Source of the DNA: an uncultured Spirochaetota bacterium
GTDB taxonomy: Bacteria > Spirochaetota > Spirochaetia > SZUA-6 > Fen-1364
Reading direction: 5' to 3'
NCBI GenBank assembly: GCA_963734545.1
Contig: CAVTHO010000007.1
Location: forward strand, 640,001-704,000
Length of the DNA: 64,000 bases
Part shown: positions 1 to 8,497 of the stretch, one piece after another
How the letters are laid out: each line of letters opens with the position of its first letter
Numbering within the stretch: position 1 is the stretch's first letter
The notes under the pieces: generated by a model
What the model was told of the DNA's origin: nothing
The model's input: only the letters and a program-made list of their open reading frames with translations
Database searches by the model: none
Translations under genes and position numbers: made by a program

Positions 1-1194
1 GTGGGCTTCCGCATCGCCCCCCAGGGCGATCAGCACGTAGACCGGCTCCGAGAAGATGAGATCTCCCCCGAGGGCGAGATTCTCCGCCATGCGCTTCCTG
101 TCCACCACGAGTGAACTGATGATCGTGCGCATGCGTTCCGCGGCGGATGCGAGCCCGGCAATGAACTCGGGGACGAATCGAGCGGACGCGGAATTCGTGA
201 GGTCCCTCTGATGCTCGGAGATCTGGTCCATGAAGAATGTGATGACGCGGGGGCAGAACTCCTTCCAGAGGCTCTTCACATGCTCGGAGTTCCAGGGATT
301 GCGTTTCTGCGGCATCGTGGAGGAACCCACCTGGGTCGCCGCGAACTCCTCCCGGACCTCTCCGATCTCGGATCTCTGGAGGTTGCGGAGGTCGTCCGCG
401 AGATTTGCGATGACGCCGAAGGCCGTGTTCAGCTCGAGCAGAAGGGCAAGAAGATATTCCGGCTCGACGAGCTGCGTGGAATGCTCGGAAGGCGTGAGAC
501 CGAGGATTGCGAGGAACTCGGTCTCCAGCTGCTGCGGATCCTTCACGAGCAGGGAGGTCGCATTGTAAGCTCCCACCGCGCCGGCAAGCTTTCCTCTCAG
601 CCCTGCCGCCTTTTCGCGGATCCGCAGGATGCTCTTTCCGAGGCGCGCCACGTACTCCGCCAGGGCAAATCCGAACGTGATCGGCACCGCGTGCTGCCCG
701 TGCGTGCGGCCGATTTGAGGCGTTTCCGCCTCTTCCCTGGCCCGCCGCGCCAGCTCCAGCTCCAGGTCCACGAGGACGGGAAGGATCACGGTGAGGATCG
801 CTTCCTTGTAGCGGAGCGCGGCCGCCGTATCAAGGATGTCCACGGAGGTCGCGCCCAGGTGCGCATAGGGACGCACCGTCTCCGGAAGATGACGTTTCAG
901 GACATTGACCAATGCGCGCACGTTATGCTGGGTCTTTGCTTCCTCCGCGTACACTTCCTCGGGGCTGATCTCCGCGGCTGCCGCGTCGAGCCGCTCCTCC
1001 AGTCCGGCGGGTGCTTCCCGCGCCGGCAGGTGCCTGAGCAGAGCCTTCAGCAGCGCGATCTCCACGCGCGCGCAGTACCGTACCGAGGCCTCCTCGCCGA
1101 GGATGGCGCTCAGCCGGGCGAAGAGCGCAGGATCGGAAAGGGAGTAGCGGTGGTCGAGCGGCGATATGTTCTGATAGATGCTGCGCGCGTCCAT
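1..1194 (-). CDS. purB: Adenylosuccinate lyase (runs off the window edge at its 3' end)
   Basis: Manual translation from ATG 1194: MDARSIYQNISPLDHRY...HLGATSVDILDTA...GRTHGQHAVP...VGSSTMPQKRNP (fumarate-lyase signature). Absent from the ORF track because its stop lies outside the window. Confidence 0.93.
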   Translation of the reverse strand, partial: MDARSIYQNISPLDHRYSLSDPALFARLSAILGEEASVRYCARVEIALLKALLRHLPAREAPAGLEERLDAAAAEISPEEVYAEEAKTQHNVRALVNVLKRHLPETVRPYAHLGATSVDILDTAAALRYKEAILTVILPVLVDLELELARRAREEAETPQIGRTHGQHAVPITFGFALAEYVARLGKSILRIREKAAGLRGKLAGAVGAYNATSLLVKDPQQLETEFLAILGLTPSEHSTQLVEPEYLLALLLELNTAFGVIANLADDLRNLQRSEIGEVREEFAATQVGSSTMPQKRNPWNSEHVKSLWKEFCPRVITFFMDQISEHQRDLTNSASARFVPEFIAGLASAAERMRTIISSLVVDRKRMAENLALGGDLIFSEPVYVLIALGGDAEAH

Positions 1195-1200
1195 GCCGTC

Positions 1201-2607
1201 TCAGGAGGCGCCTTCCGCGCTGGGAGCTAGCTTGACCGTCTCCTGCATCTGGTCCCCGACCAGCGATTCCAGCTTCGCCATCTCCTTTTTCAGATCCTCG
1301 ATGATGCGTGTCACCGCCTCGGCGGAGAAGCGATTGTCTTCCACGACTGATCCGATGCTCTCAATGGCGCCCGTCACCTCGCGGTTTGCGCCAAGCTGCT
1401 CCTTGACCGATTGAGACAGCTCATGGATGAAGCCGGCGTAGGCGCCAAGATCATGGGCGATGGTGTCGAAGATCTTGCCCGCCTCGCGAGAGGACTCCCC
1501 GCCCCGCTCGATCACCGTTTCGATCTGCTTCACCCACTTGCTCACCTCGCTCGCGATTTCGGCGGATTTCTCCGCCAGCGTGCGAATCTCGTCCGCGACG
1601 ACGGAGAAGCCGCTTTGCTCGTCACCGGTGTGCGAGGCCTCGATTGCGGCGTTGAGGGCGAGCAGGTTGGTCTGGTCGGCGATGTCGTTGATGCGCGCGA
1701 GGGCGGCAACCATCTTGTCCACCACGTCATGAATGCCGAGGATCTCCTCGATGACCTTCTTCACGATGGTGTTCCCGCTCTGTGAAAACTGCGCGGTGGT
1801 CCCGATGGTGGTCGCCGATTTCTCGGTGGAATTCGATATGCTTTCCATTGCGCCCTGGAGCTGCTCCGCGGCGGCCGTCACCTGCTCGATTCCCGCCGCC
1901 TGGTTCCGGGCGCCTTCCGATACGGTTGTCGACACTTCCCCGAGCTTGTTGATGAGCTGGTGGAGGTTGAAGATGGATGCGGTCACAATGTCCATGGTCA
2001 TCTTCAGCCGGCGGCTGGCGCGCAGCAGGTCCTCCGTCACGAAGTTGTCCTTCAACACGGTGGTATATCGATGGCACGCGAGCGTGGCGAATGCCCCGAC
2101 GAGCGCGTTCAGGCCGGGAATGATGAGCAGCGCGGCGGCAATGCTGCCGGGGAAACGCAGCACCGCGTAACACGACACCAGGGCCGGCGTGAGAACAGCA
2201 ACGGCCGCTGACACGACGCAATCACGCACCGACATGCGCAAGGCCGCGAGAAGCGTCACGCTCAGGCAGTACGCCTCCAGAACGAAAAGGGTGGAGAGCG
2301 CCTCTTCGATTCGATCCGCGGTCAGGGCGGCGCCTCCCATGAGGAGCACCGCGAGCGCGTCCAGGAGTATCGCCGGCAGGAACAGCGACATCGTCCGCCT
2401 GCGAACATGAAGCATGTGCACGGCGAGTGAAAGACCGCCCAGGCAGGCCATTGTCACCATGGCGACGACGGCCGCCTCCCTCCTGCCCGTTGCCAGAGAG
2501 ATCGCGAGAATGACGCCGGTTGCGCCCAACCGTACGCCGATGGAGAGCCGCTCGGACGTGCCTGCCTGCTCTCCCGATATCTGCGCAAGGCTCGTTGCGG
2601 CTTTCAT
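1201..2607 (-). CDS. Methyl-accepting chemotaxis-type protein with multi-TM N-terminal domain
   Basis: IADQTNLLALNAAIEA...GFSVVADEIRTLAE signalling domain; about 5-6 hydrophobic helices at the N-terminus; start placed at ATG 2607 (ORF extends to 2646). Confidence 0.88.
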   Translation of the reverse strand: MKAATSLAQISGEQAGTSERLSIGVRLGATGVILAISLATGRREAAVVAMVTMACLGGLSLAVHMLHVRRRTMSLFLPAILLDALAVLLMGGAALTADRIEEALSTLFVLEAYCLSVTLLAALRMSVRDCVVSAAVAVLTPALVSCYAVLRFPGSIAAALLIIPGLNALVGAFATLACHRYTTVLKDNFVTEDLLRASRRLKMTMDIVTASIFNLHQLINKLGEVSTTVSEGARNQAAGIEQVTAAAEQLQGAMESISNSTEKSATTIGTTAQFSQSGNTIVKKVIEEILGIHDVVDKMVAALARINDIADQTNLLALNAAIEASHTGDEQSGFSVVADEIRTLAEKSAEIASEVSKWVKQIETVIERGGESSREAGKIFDTIAHDLGAYAGFIHELSQSVKEQLGANREVTGAIESIGSVVEDNRFSAEAVTRIIEDLKKEMAKLESLVGDQMQETVKLAPSAEGAS

Positions 2608-2635
2608 GGAGTATTTGTAGTTGAAAGGCGGCAAT

Positions 2636-2665
2636 TTGTAAAGCAATCCGCCTCCGTGCTATACT
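2636..2665 (+). promoter_or_regulatory. Sigma70-like promoter, probably leaderless, for the TPR gene
   Basis: TTGTAA (2636-2641), 18 nt, TGcTATACT (-10 at 2660-2665); ATG at 2673 lies 7 nt downstream with no SD. Confidence 0.6.
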
Positions 2666-2669
2666 GGCG

Positions 2670-4595
2670 GTGATGGGAAGCACTGACTACGCGGCCCTGT
2701 TCGCAGAGGCGCTCGAGGCCGGCAGGAAAAGAGACTATCCGCGGTCCATCGAGCTGCTGACACGTATCGTGGGAAGCACGGACCGCTTTCCACAGGCCCT
2801 TCTTTACCTGGGCCGCGCCTATCACGCCATCGGCGACTATTCACGCGCCGCGCAGGCGTTGAACTTCTACCTCCGCGGCAGGCCTGACTCCGTGCCGGGA
2901 AATTTCTTCCTCGGGCGCGCGTACATCGCACTGGAAGCGTATCCTGCCGCGGTCCGCCACCTGAGACGCGCCGTCGAGGGCGACGCCGGCTTTGCCCCCG
3001 CCTATGGACTCCTCGGGCTCGCATGTCTGAAGGCGCGAAGACCCGACAAGGCCATCTGGTGGTTCGCAAAGTCACTCGCCATCGATCCACAGAACAAGCG
3101 TCTGCAGGTCGGCTACCTCAATACCGCCCTGGTGCTGGCCATACGGCTCTTCTACCGTGGAGAGCTGATCGATGCCGCCCGACTCTTCACCGAAGTGCTC
3201 GAGCAGAGACGCGCCAGCATCCTCCCCCACTTGTACCTGGCGACGATTTACCGGGAACTTGGCAGGGACAATCTCGCCCTGTACCACATGGACGCCGCTT
3301 CTCAGATCTCGCCGCAGGATCCGTTCCTGCATCTGCAGAAAGCCGTGATCCTGCTCGCACAGGGCGAGAAAGCTTCGGCGGCCGAAGAGATCCGCATCGG
3401 GACGCAGCTCCTCAAGAGCGCCGGCAGTCCGGGAGGATCGCCCGAAGACATCCTCAGGTTCATCACCATCAACCTGTTCAAGGAGAAGCGCTACCGGGAG
3501 ACCGTGTACTACGGCACAAAGCTTCTCAAGGGCGCATACGACGACCCCCAGCTGCACGCGATTGTCGCCGAGGCCTACCGCAACATGGGCGAGCTTCTGA
3601 AGGCGAAGAATCACTATACGCGGGCCATCGAGAAGGATCGCGCGTCCCGAGAGCTCCGGTACGGCCTGCTGGCAGTCCTTTGGGAAAGACGGGAGTTCGA
3701 ACCTCTCCTGTCCGAAGCGGCGCGTATCCTGCAGGCTGACCGGGCCGACGGCCCCGGACGGTATTTCCACAGCCTGGCGCTTTCGCGCACGGGCGCGGCA
3801 ATCGAGCAGGTGCTCGCCGAGCTTCAACAGCAGGTGAAAGCCCGAGGTCCGGACCCCGTGCTCATGGCGGAGCTCGGGGCTGCGTATGTGCGCGCCGGTC
3901 TTCCCGAGCTCGCGGAAGGCTGGTACGTGAGGGTCTTGAAAGTCGCTCCGCCGGACGCGGAGGTCCTCCTGTCCCTCGCCGGAGTGTACAAATCCCTCGG
4001 CAGGCAGGATAGGCGGGGAGAGACATACCGTGCGTACCTCGAGATCCATCCGGAAGACCGCAAGGCGCGCCGCCAGCTCGTGCGCATACTTCTGGAGCTG
4101 GACTCCTTTGCCGATGCCGCCGAGCAGATTGCCATGCTGCTCCCGCTGGAACCGAACAATGTCAAGCTCAAATCGACCCTTGCCGTCTGCTACCGCCGCA
4201 CGGGCAGATTCCCGGAGGCGCTCGTGCTTCTCAAGGACCTTCTCGGAGAGTCTCCGGACTCGCAGGAGCTCATCAAGGCCGCGGTCTTCTGCCTGGACAA
4301 GATGGGGGCACGCGCCGTGGGGGTGCGGGCGCTGGAAAGCTTCATGAAGCAGCACGGGGAGAACCTTTCGCTGATCCTCATGCTCGGAGTGCTCCAGTAC
4401 CAGGCGAGCTCTCTCTCGAAGGCCGCTGAAACCTTCCGCAAGGCACTATCGCTGTCCCCGAAGGACTGGCGTGCCAATCGAAACCTGGGCATGGTCTACA
4501 GGAAAATGGGCAACGATGTATTCGCGGACAAGTTCCTGGCAAAGGCCGCCGAGTACCGCGCCGCGGTGGAGGCGGCCGTGTCCGAGGCGCCCTGA
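2670..4595 (+). CDS. Tetratricopeptide-repeat protein
   Basis: 641 aa with recurrent TPR patterns (LGRAY..G.Y..A, NLGMVYRKMG); start GTG 2670 or ATG 2673. Confidence 0.85.
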   Translation: MMGSTDYAALFAEALEAGRKRDYPRSIELLTRIVGSTDRFPQALLYLGRAYHAIGDYSRAAQALNFYLRGRPDSVPGNFFLGRAYIALEAYPAAVRHLRRAVEGDAGFAPAYGLLGLACLKARRPDKAIWWFAKSLAIDPQNKRLQVGYLNTALVLAIRLFYRGELIDAARLFTEVLEQRRASILPHLYLATIYRELGRDNLALYHMDAASQISPQDPFLHLQKAVILLAQGEKASAAEEIRIGTQLLKSAGSPGGSPEDILRFITINLFKEKRYRETVYYGTKLLKGAYDDPQLHAIVAEAYRNMGELLKAKNHYTRAIEKDRASRELRYGLLAVLWERREFEPLLSEAARILQADRADGPGRYFHSLALSRTGAAIEQVLAELQQQVKARGPDPVLMAELGAAYVRAGLPELAEGWYVRVLKVAPPDAEVLLSLAGVYKSLGRQDRRGETYRAYLEIHPEDRKARRQLVRILLELDSFADAAEQIAMLLPLEPNNVKLKSTLAVCYRRTGRFPEALVLLKDLLGESPDSQELIKAAVFCLDKMGARAVGVRALESFMKQHGENLSLILMLGVLQYQASSLSKAAETFRKALSLSPKDWRANRNLGMVYRKMGNDVFADKFLAKAAEYRAAVEAAVSEAP

Positions 4596-4626
4596 AGGCG
4601 TGGAGCGCGGGGCCGTTCGGCTGCCG

Positions 4627-4660
4627 AAAAAAAACGGCCGGGTCTTTGTTCCCCGGCCGT
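4627..4660 (-). terminator. Rho-independent terminator of the cfpA operon
   Basis: Stem ACGGCCGGG/CCCGGCCGT followed on the minus strand by a T run (A8 at 4627-4634 on plus). Confidence 0.8.
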
Positions 4661-4683
4661 CTTCTCGAAAGCTATGAACGATT

Positions 4684-7326
4684 CTAGGCGCCGGCCTTCT
4701 CCAGGTTGATCTGGGCAATTGCCAGCTTGGAAAGAGGTACCTGATAGGGAGAGCAGGACACATAGTCCAGTCCGGCTTCCATGCAGAAGCGGATGTTGTC
4801 CGGGATTGCTCCATGCTCCCCGCACAGTCCCACCTCGAGATCCGGCCGGGTCATCTTGCCTCTCTTCACGGCCATTGCAATCAGCTCCTTCACCTGCGGA
4901 TTCAGGTACTGGAAGGGATTGCCTTCCAGAAGGTCGAACTGGGTGTAGTCCGGCATGAAAGTGTTGAAATCATCCCGCGAGAGACCAATGGTCGTCTGGG
5001 TGAGATCGTTGGTGCCGAATGAGAAGAACTGGGCGTAGTGTGCAAGCTGGTCCGCGCCGAGCGCGGCGGCAGGCAGCTCCACCATGGTGCCGATCTTGTA
5101 GGGAGCAGCTTTTGCCTTGAAAGACGCCCTGACATCGCGTTCGACGTCCGATAGCCCGCGGATCTGTTTTCCCTCGATCTTCTTCCCATAGATGATGAGC
5201 TTCAGCTCATTCTCGTTCATGATGATCGGGATCATGATCTCGGGCTCCACGCGCACCCCTTCCTTCTTCAGGGTGTAGACGGCCTCGAAGATCGCACGGA
5301 CCTGCATCTCATAGATCTCGGGATAGGAGACGGCGATGCGGCAGCCGCGATGCCCCAGCATCGGGTTGAACTCGTGCATCGATTCGCTGCGCAGCCTCAC
5401 GTCCTTCTCCGTCAGCCTCTTGGCGCCCTTTTTCCCCGCGTTGAGATAGCGCATGAAGCGCTCCAGCTCCTGGTCGTTGTGAGGCAGGAATTCGTGCAGG
5501 GGGGCGTCGAGCAGCCGGATGATCACCGGATAGCCTTCCATGATCTTCAGCAGCTTGTAGAAGTCGGCTTTCTGCATGGGGAGAAGCTTGGCGAGGGCTC
5601 TCTTGCGCTCTTCCGACGAGTCGGAAAGAACCATCTCGCGGAACACGTTGATCCGTTTCTCATCGAAGAACATGTGCTCCGTGCGGACGAGCCCGATTCC
5701 TTTCGCGCCGAACTTGCGCGCAAGAGCGGCGTCCCGCGGTTTGTCCGCGTTCGCCCGCACGTGGAAATCCGGCACGTACTTCTCCACCAGGGCGAGGAAC
5801 TCGAGCATGCCCGACTCCTCGGGATCCGGTTCGATGAGCTCCGCCTTGCCGATGTACATCGACGGGGCGCCGTAGAATGGCACATTGAGGGTGATGTAGT
5901 CCCCTTCCTTGATGACATAGCTGCCCACCGTGGCACGGTTGCCCTTGATCTTCATGTCGGGCTTCACGAGGGACACCTTGCCGTACTGCCGCGCAACAAC
6001 CGATGCGTGGGCAGAATAGCCGCCCTCCGTGGAAAGGACGCCGGTGGCGACCTCGATTGCCTTCACGTCCTCCGCAAACGACGAAACCAGGCACAGGATC
6101 AGCTTCGTGTCCAGGCCCTTCTGCTGCGCGAGCTTGTGCGCCTCGAGAAGCCCGTCCGTCGTGAAGTACACTCTGCCGATGGCGGCGCCGGGCGCCCCCG
6201 TGATGCCGCCGGTAAGGACCGGCATGCCCTTGACAGTCGCGAAATCGATGATGGGATGGAGGATCTCGTTGAGCTGGCCCGGCTTGATCTGTTTGACCAC
6301 GTAGCGGTCATCCACGACCTTCCGCGAGTAGAGATCCAGAAGAAGCCGGATGTCCGCCTGGGTCGACTTGGTCATCACGGAGCGCTGGTCGATCAGCCAG
6401 AGGCGCTTGTTCTCCACGGTGAATCGAATGGAGCGGATTTCCTTGAAGTGGTCTTCCACCTTGTGCGCGATCTTTTCGAGCTCCGCGTGGTAGTTCTTCG
6501 AGAAATTGGCGATGTTGGAACCGCTCGTGCCGATGGCATTGAACTTGTTCTGGTAGTATTCGCCCTGGATTTCCTTGTCTCCGGTGACGATGTTGCGGGT
6601 GTAGAACTGACCGTTGGATGAATCCTTCCCGTAGTTTCCGTACACCATGGGCTGAATCAACAGCGCCGTGTCTTCCTGGTTCTGATCGGTGATGGCCAGG
6701 AGGTGGCTGATCCGCGTGAGGGCAATCTCGAGCTGATCGAAGGGATCCATGAAGTAGCCCTTGGGAAGCATTGCCTTGTAGCGCTCGATGCTCGCCTTGC
6801 GCTTCTTTGCGTCCATCTCCGAGCTGAGCTCCACGTCGAGCTCCTTGATGGCCTGCTTCAGGGATTTGGCCTCCTTCTCCTTGTTTTCCAGCTCCGCGAT
6901 GGCCATCTCGATTTCCAGGCTGCCGCGCGTCAGGAATTGAAGCTCGTGCCAGCCGAAGTTTTCCCCGACGAACCGGTTGAATCCGGGGAGCGTTTTGTCG
7001 GTGAGGCCGAAATTGTGCATTGTCGGGTACGATGCGATCACGAGGTTCGGGCTGACGACGATCTTCACGAGCATCGGATTTTCCGCGTCGCCGAAGGCCT
7101 TGCCGGTGAGCTTTGCCAGCCGATCGAACCAGGGGCGGAGCGCGCCCCAGATGTCGAAATCCTCAAGATGCGCCGCCACATCGGCGTCGATGATGAACCC
7201 GGGAAGTATGGGGAGGTCGAGGTCGGCGAGCTCCATGGCCAGACGTCCCCGAATGCCGATCCTCTCCAGGATCGGTGGTTTCACGTTCGCTTCGCCCTGG
7301 TCAAAGAAGTGGATGTTCTTCTTCAT
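4684..7326 (-). CDS. ppdK: Pyruvate phosphate dikinase homologue with degenerate ATP-grasp domain
   Basis: Collinear with PPDK: GGYSAHAS phospho-His loop, GLVRTEHMFF, EFNPMLGHRGCR, FSFGTNDLTQ, GLCGEHG. N-terminal nucleotide-binding residues are substituted (see findings). Confidence 0.9.
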   Translation of the reverse strand: MKKNIHFFDQGEANVKPPILERIGIRGRLAMELADLDLPILPGFIIDADVAAHLEDFDIWGALRPWFDRLAKLTGKAFGDAENPMLVKIVVSPNLVIASYPTMHNFGLTDKTLPGFNRFVGENFGWHELQFLTRGSLEIEMAIAELENKEKEAKSLKQAIKELDVELSSEMDAKKRKASIERYKAMLPKGYFMDPFDQLEIALTRISHLLAITDQNQEDTALLIQPMVYGNYGKDSSNGQFYTRNIVTGDKEIQGEYYQNKFNAIGTSGSNIANFSKNYHAELEKIAHKVEDHFKEIRSIRFTVENKRLWLIDQRSVMTKSTQADIRLLLDLYSRKVVDDRYVVKQIKPGQLNEILHPIIDFATVKGMPVLTGGITGAPGAAIGRVYFTTDGLLEAHKLAQQKGLDTKLILCLVSSFAEDVKAIEVATGVLSTEGGYSAHASVVARQYGKVSLVKPDMKIKGNRATVGSYVIKEGDYITLNVPFYGAPSMYIGKAELIEPDPEESGMLEFLALVEKYVPDFHVRANADKPRDAALARKFGAKGIGLVRTEHMFFDEKRINVFREMVLSDSSEERKRALAKLLPMQKADFYKLLKIMEGYPVIIRLLDAPLHEFLPHNDQELERFMRYLNAGKKGAKRLTEKDVRLRSESMHEFNPMLGHRGCRIAVSYPEIYEMQVRAIFEAVYTLKKEGVRVEPEIMIPIIMNENELKLIIYGKKIEGKQIRGLSDVERDVRASFKAKAAPYKIGTMVELPAAALGADQLAHYAQFFSFGTNDLTQTTIGLSRDDFNTFMPDYTQFDLLEGNPFQYLNPQVKELIAMAVKRGKMTRPDLEVGLCGEHGAIPDNIRFCMEAGLDYVSCSPYQVPLSKLAIAQINLEKAGA

Positions 7327-7348
7327 TCTTGTCCTTCCCTTTCAAATA

Positions 7349-8425
7349 TCAGAACAGGTTCAGGATCGCGCCGACTTGCGCCTTGAGGAAAGCCTCGAAC
7401 ATGTGGCTGGCGCCCTGCCGGAGATAACGCTGGAGCTTGGCCACGTCACGGATGTCGTCTCCCGCCACGGCGATCATGATTGCGCTCCCGTGCTTCACCT
7501 TCCCCCATTTGAAGAGGGTGTTGATGTCGTGGATGCGCTCTCCCTCGTAGAATACGTACACGTCGAGGCCCGGGTACTTGGTCGTATAGCTCTGGATGAT
7601 CTTCTTCCACGCCTCCACGTTGCCGTTGTGGAAAAGCTCGTTCGTCACGGGAATGGAGTACATGGGAGTCATCTTCTTCGGGGCGCCGGAAGGAGCCGCG
7701 GCCGCCGGAGCGGCCGCGGGCGCCTGTGCGACCGGGGCTTGCGGGAACGCGGCACCGGAGGCTGGCACAGCCGCGGCGGCAAGCGCCAGGTCCGCTGCCG
7801 CTGCAGCGCGGGAAGGGCGTTCCTTTGCGGCCTTTCGGGCTCCCCTCGCGGGTGCGGGAGCAGGAGGGGGTGCCGGCTGCTTCTTCTGGACGAACTTGCC
7901 CTTTGTCAGCGCGGCAGGCGTCTTGAGCCTGGCCCCCTCGATGAGCGCGATGAAGAGTGATATCCCATCCTGGTATTTCTTGTCGCCGTCTGTTTCACCA
8001 AAGGCGCCGGCAAAGACCGTTACCAGCTCGTTTTTCTTCAGGATCCTCACGCCGTCCCAGTGCGAGCGGTTCTTGGGGTTCACCACCACCATGCCGAGCT
8101 CGGGATGGGAGTAGGCGACTACCATGTCGATGGCGCGCCAGGTCGCCACCGTCGCGGTGAGGGCGTCGAAGTCCTCGAAGTTCTCCGCGAGGTTGTGGGA
8201 TCGGCACGCGTAATGATACTTGTCCACCAGGAGTGCGTTCAGCGTGGGAGGCACCTGCCTCGGCTCGATCGTTTTGTCGGCAAGGCACTCGCTCAGCGTG
8301 TCCGCCAGGTTGCGCCTGCGCTCGAACTCCCCGATGACCTGTGAAATGAACTTGAAGTGCTTGAGCGAGCGGTTGAAACCTTCCCGCGTGCTGAGCTCTT
8401 CAAATGCATGGAGTTGTTCCGCCAT
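7349..8425 (-). CDS. Hypothetical protein with C-terminal HPr-like domain and Pro/Ala-rich linker
   Basis: 358-aa ORF between cfpA and the PPDK homologue, with SD AAAGGGG; the C-terminal region aligns by eye with HPr. Confidence 0.75.
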   Translation of the reverse strand: MAEQLHAFEELSTREGFNRSLKHFKFISQVIGEFERRRNLADTLSECLADKTIEPRQVPPTLNALLVDKYHYACRSHNLAENFEDFDALTATVATWRAIDMVVAYSHPELGMVVVNPKNRSHWDGVRILKKNELVTVFAGAFGETDGDKKYQDGISLFIALIEGARLKTPAALTKGKFVQKKQPAPPPAPAPARGARKAAKERPSRAAAAADLALAAAAVPASGAAFPQAPVAQAPAAAPAAAAPSGAPKKMTPMYSIPVTNELFHNGNVEAWKKIIQSYTTKYPGLDVYVFYEGERIHDINTLFKWGKVKHGSAIMIAVAGDDIRDVAKLQRYLRQGASHMFEAFLKAQVGAILNLF

Positions 8426-8446
8426 CTGTCTTTCCCCTTTGACCGT

Positions 8447-8482
8447 AAATGAAAATGGTGACCCCCGGGAGGGTCACCATTT
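8447..8482 (-). terminator. Intra-operon hairpin/terminator after cfpA
   Basis: Perfect 12-bp stem AAATGGTGACCC/GGGTCACCATTT (8453-8482), 6-nt loop, ending in TTTTCATTT on the minus strand. Confidence 0.8.
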
Positions 8483-8497
8483 GATTCCCCGATTTCT

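Noticed and set aside
211-1230. Long antisense or alternate-frame ORFs (e.g. 211-1230, 3072-4355, 5350-6621, 52913-53998)
   Set aside because: They are shadow ORFs of real genes in high-GC DNA with no recognisable motifs.
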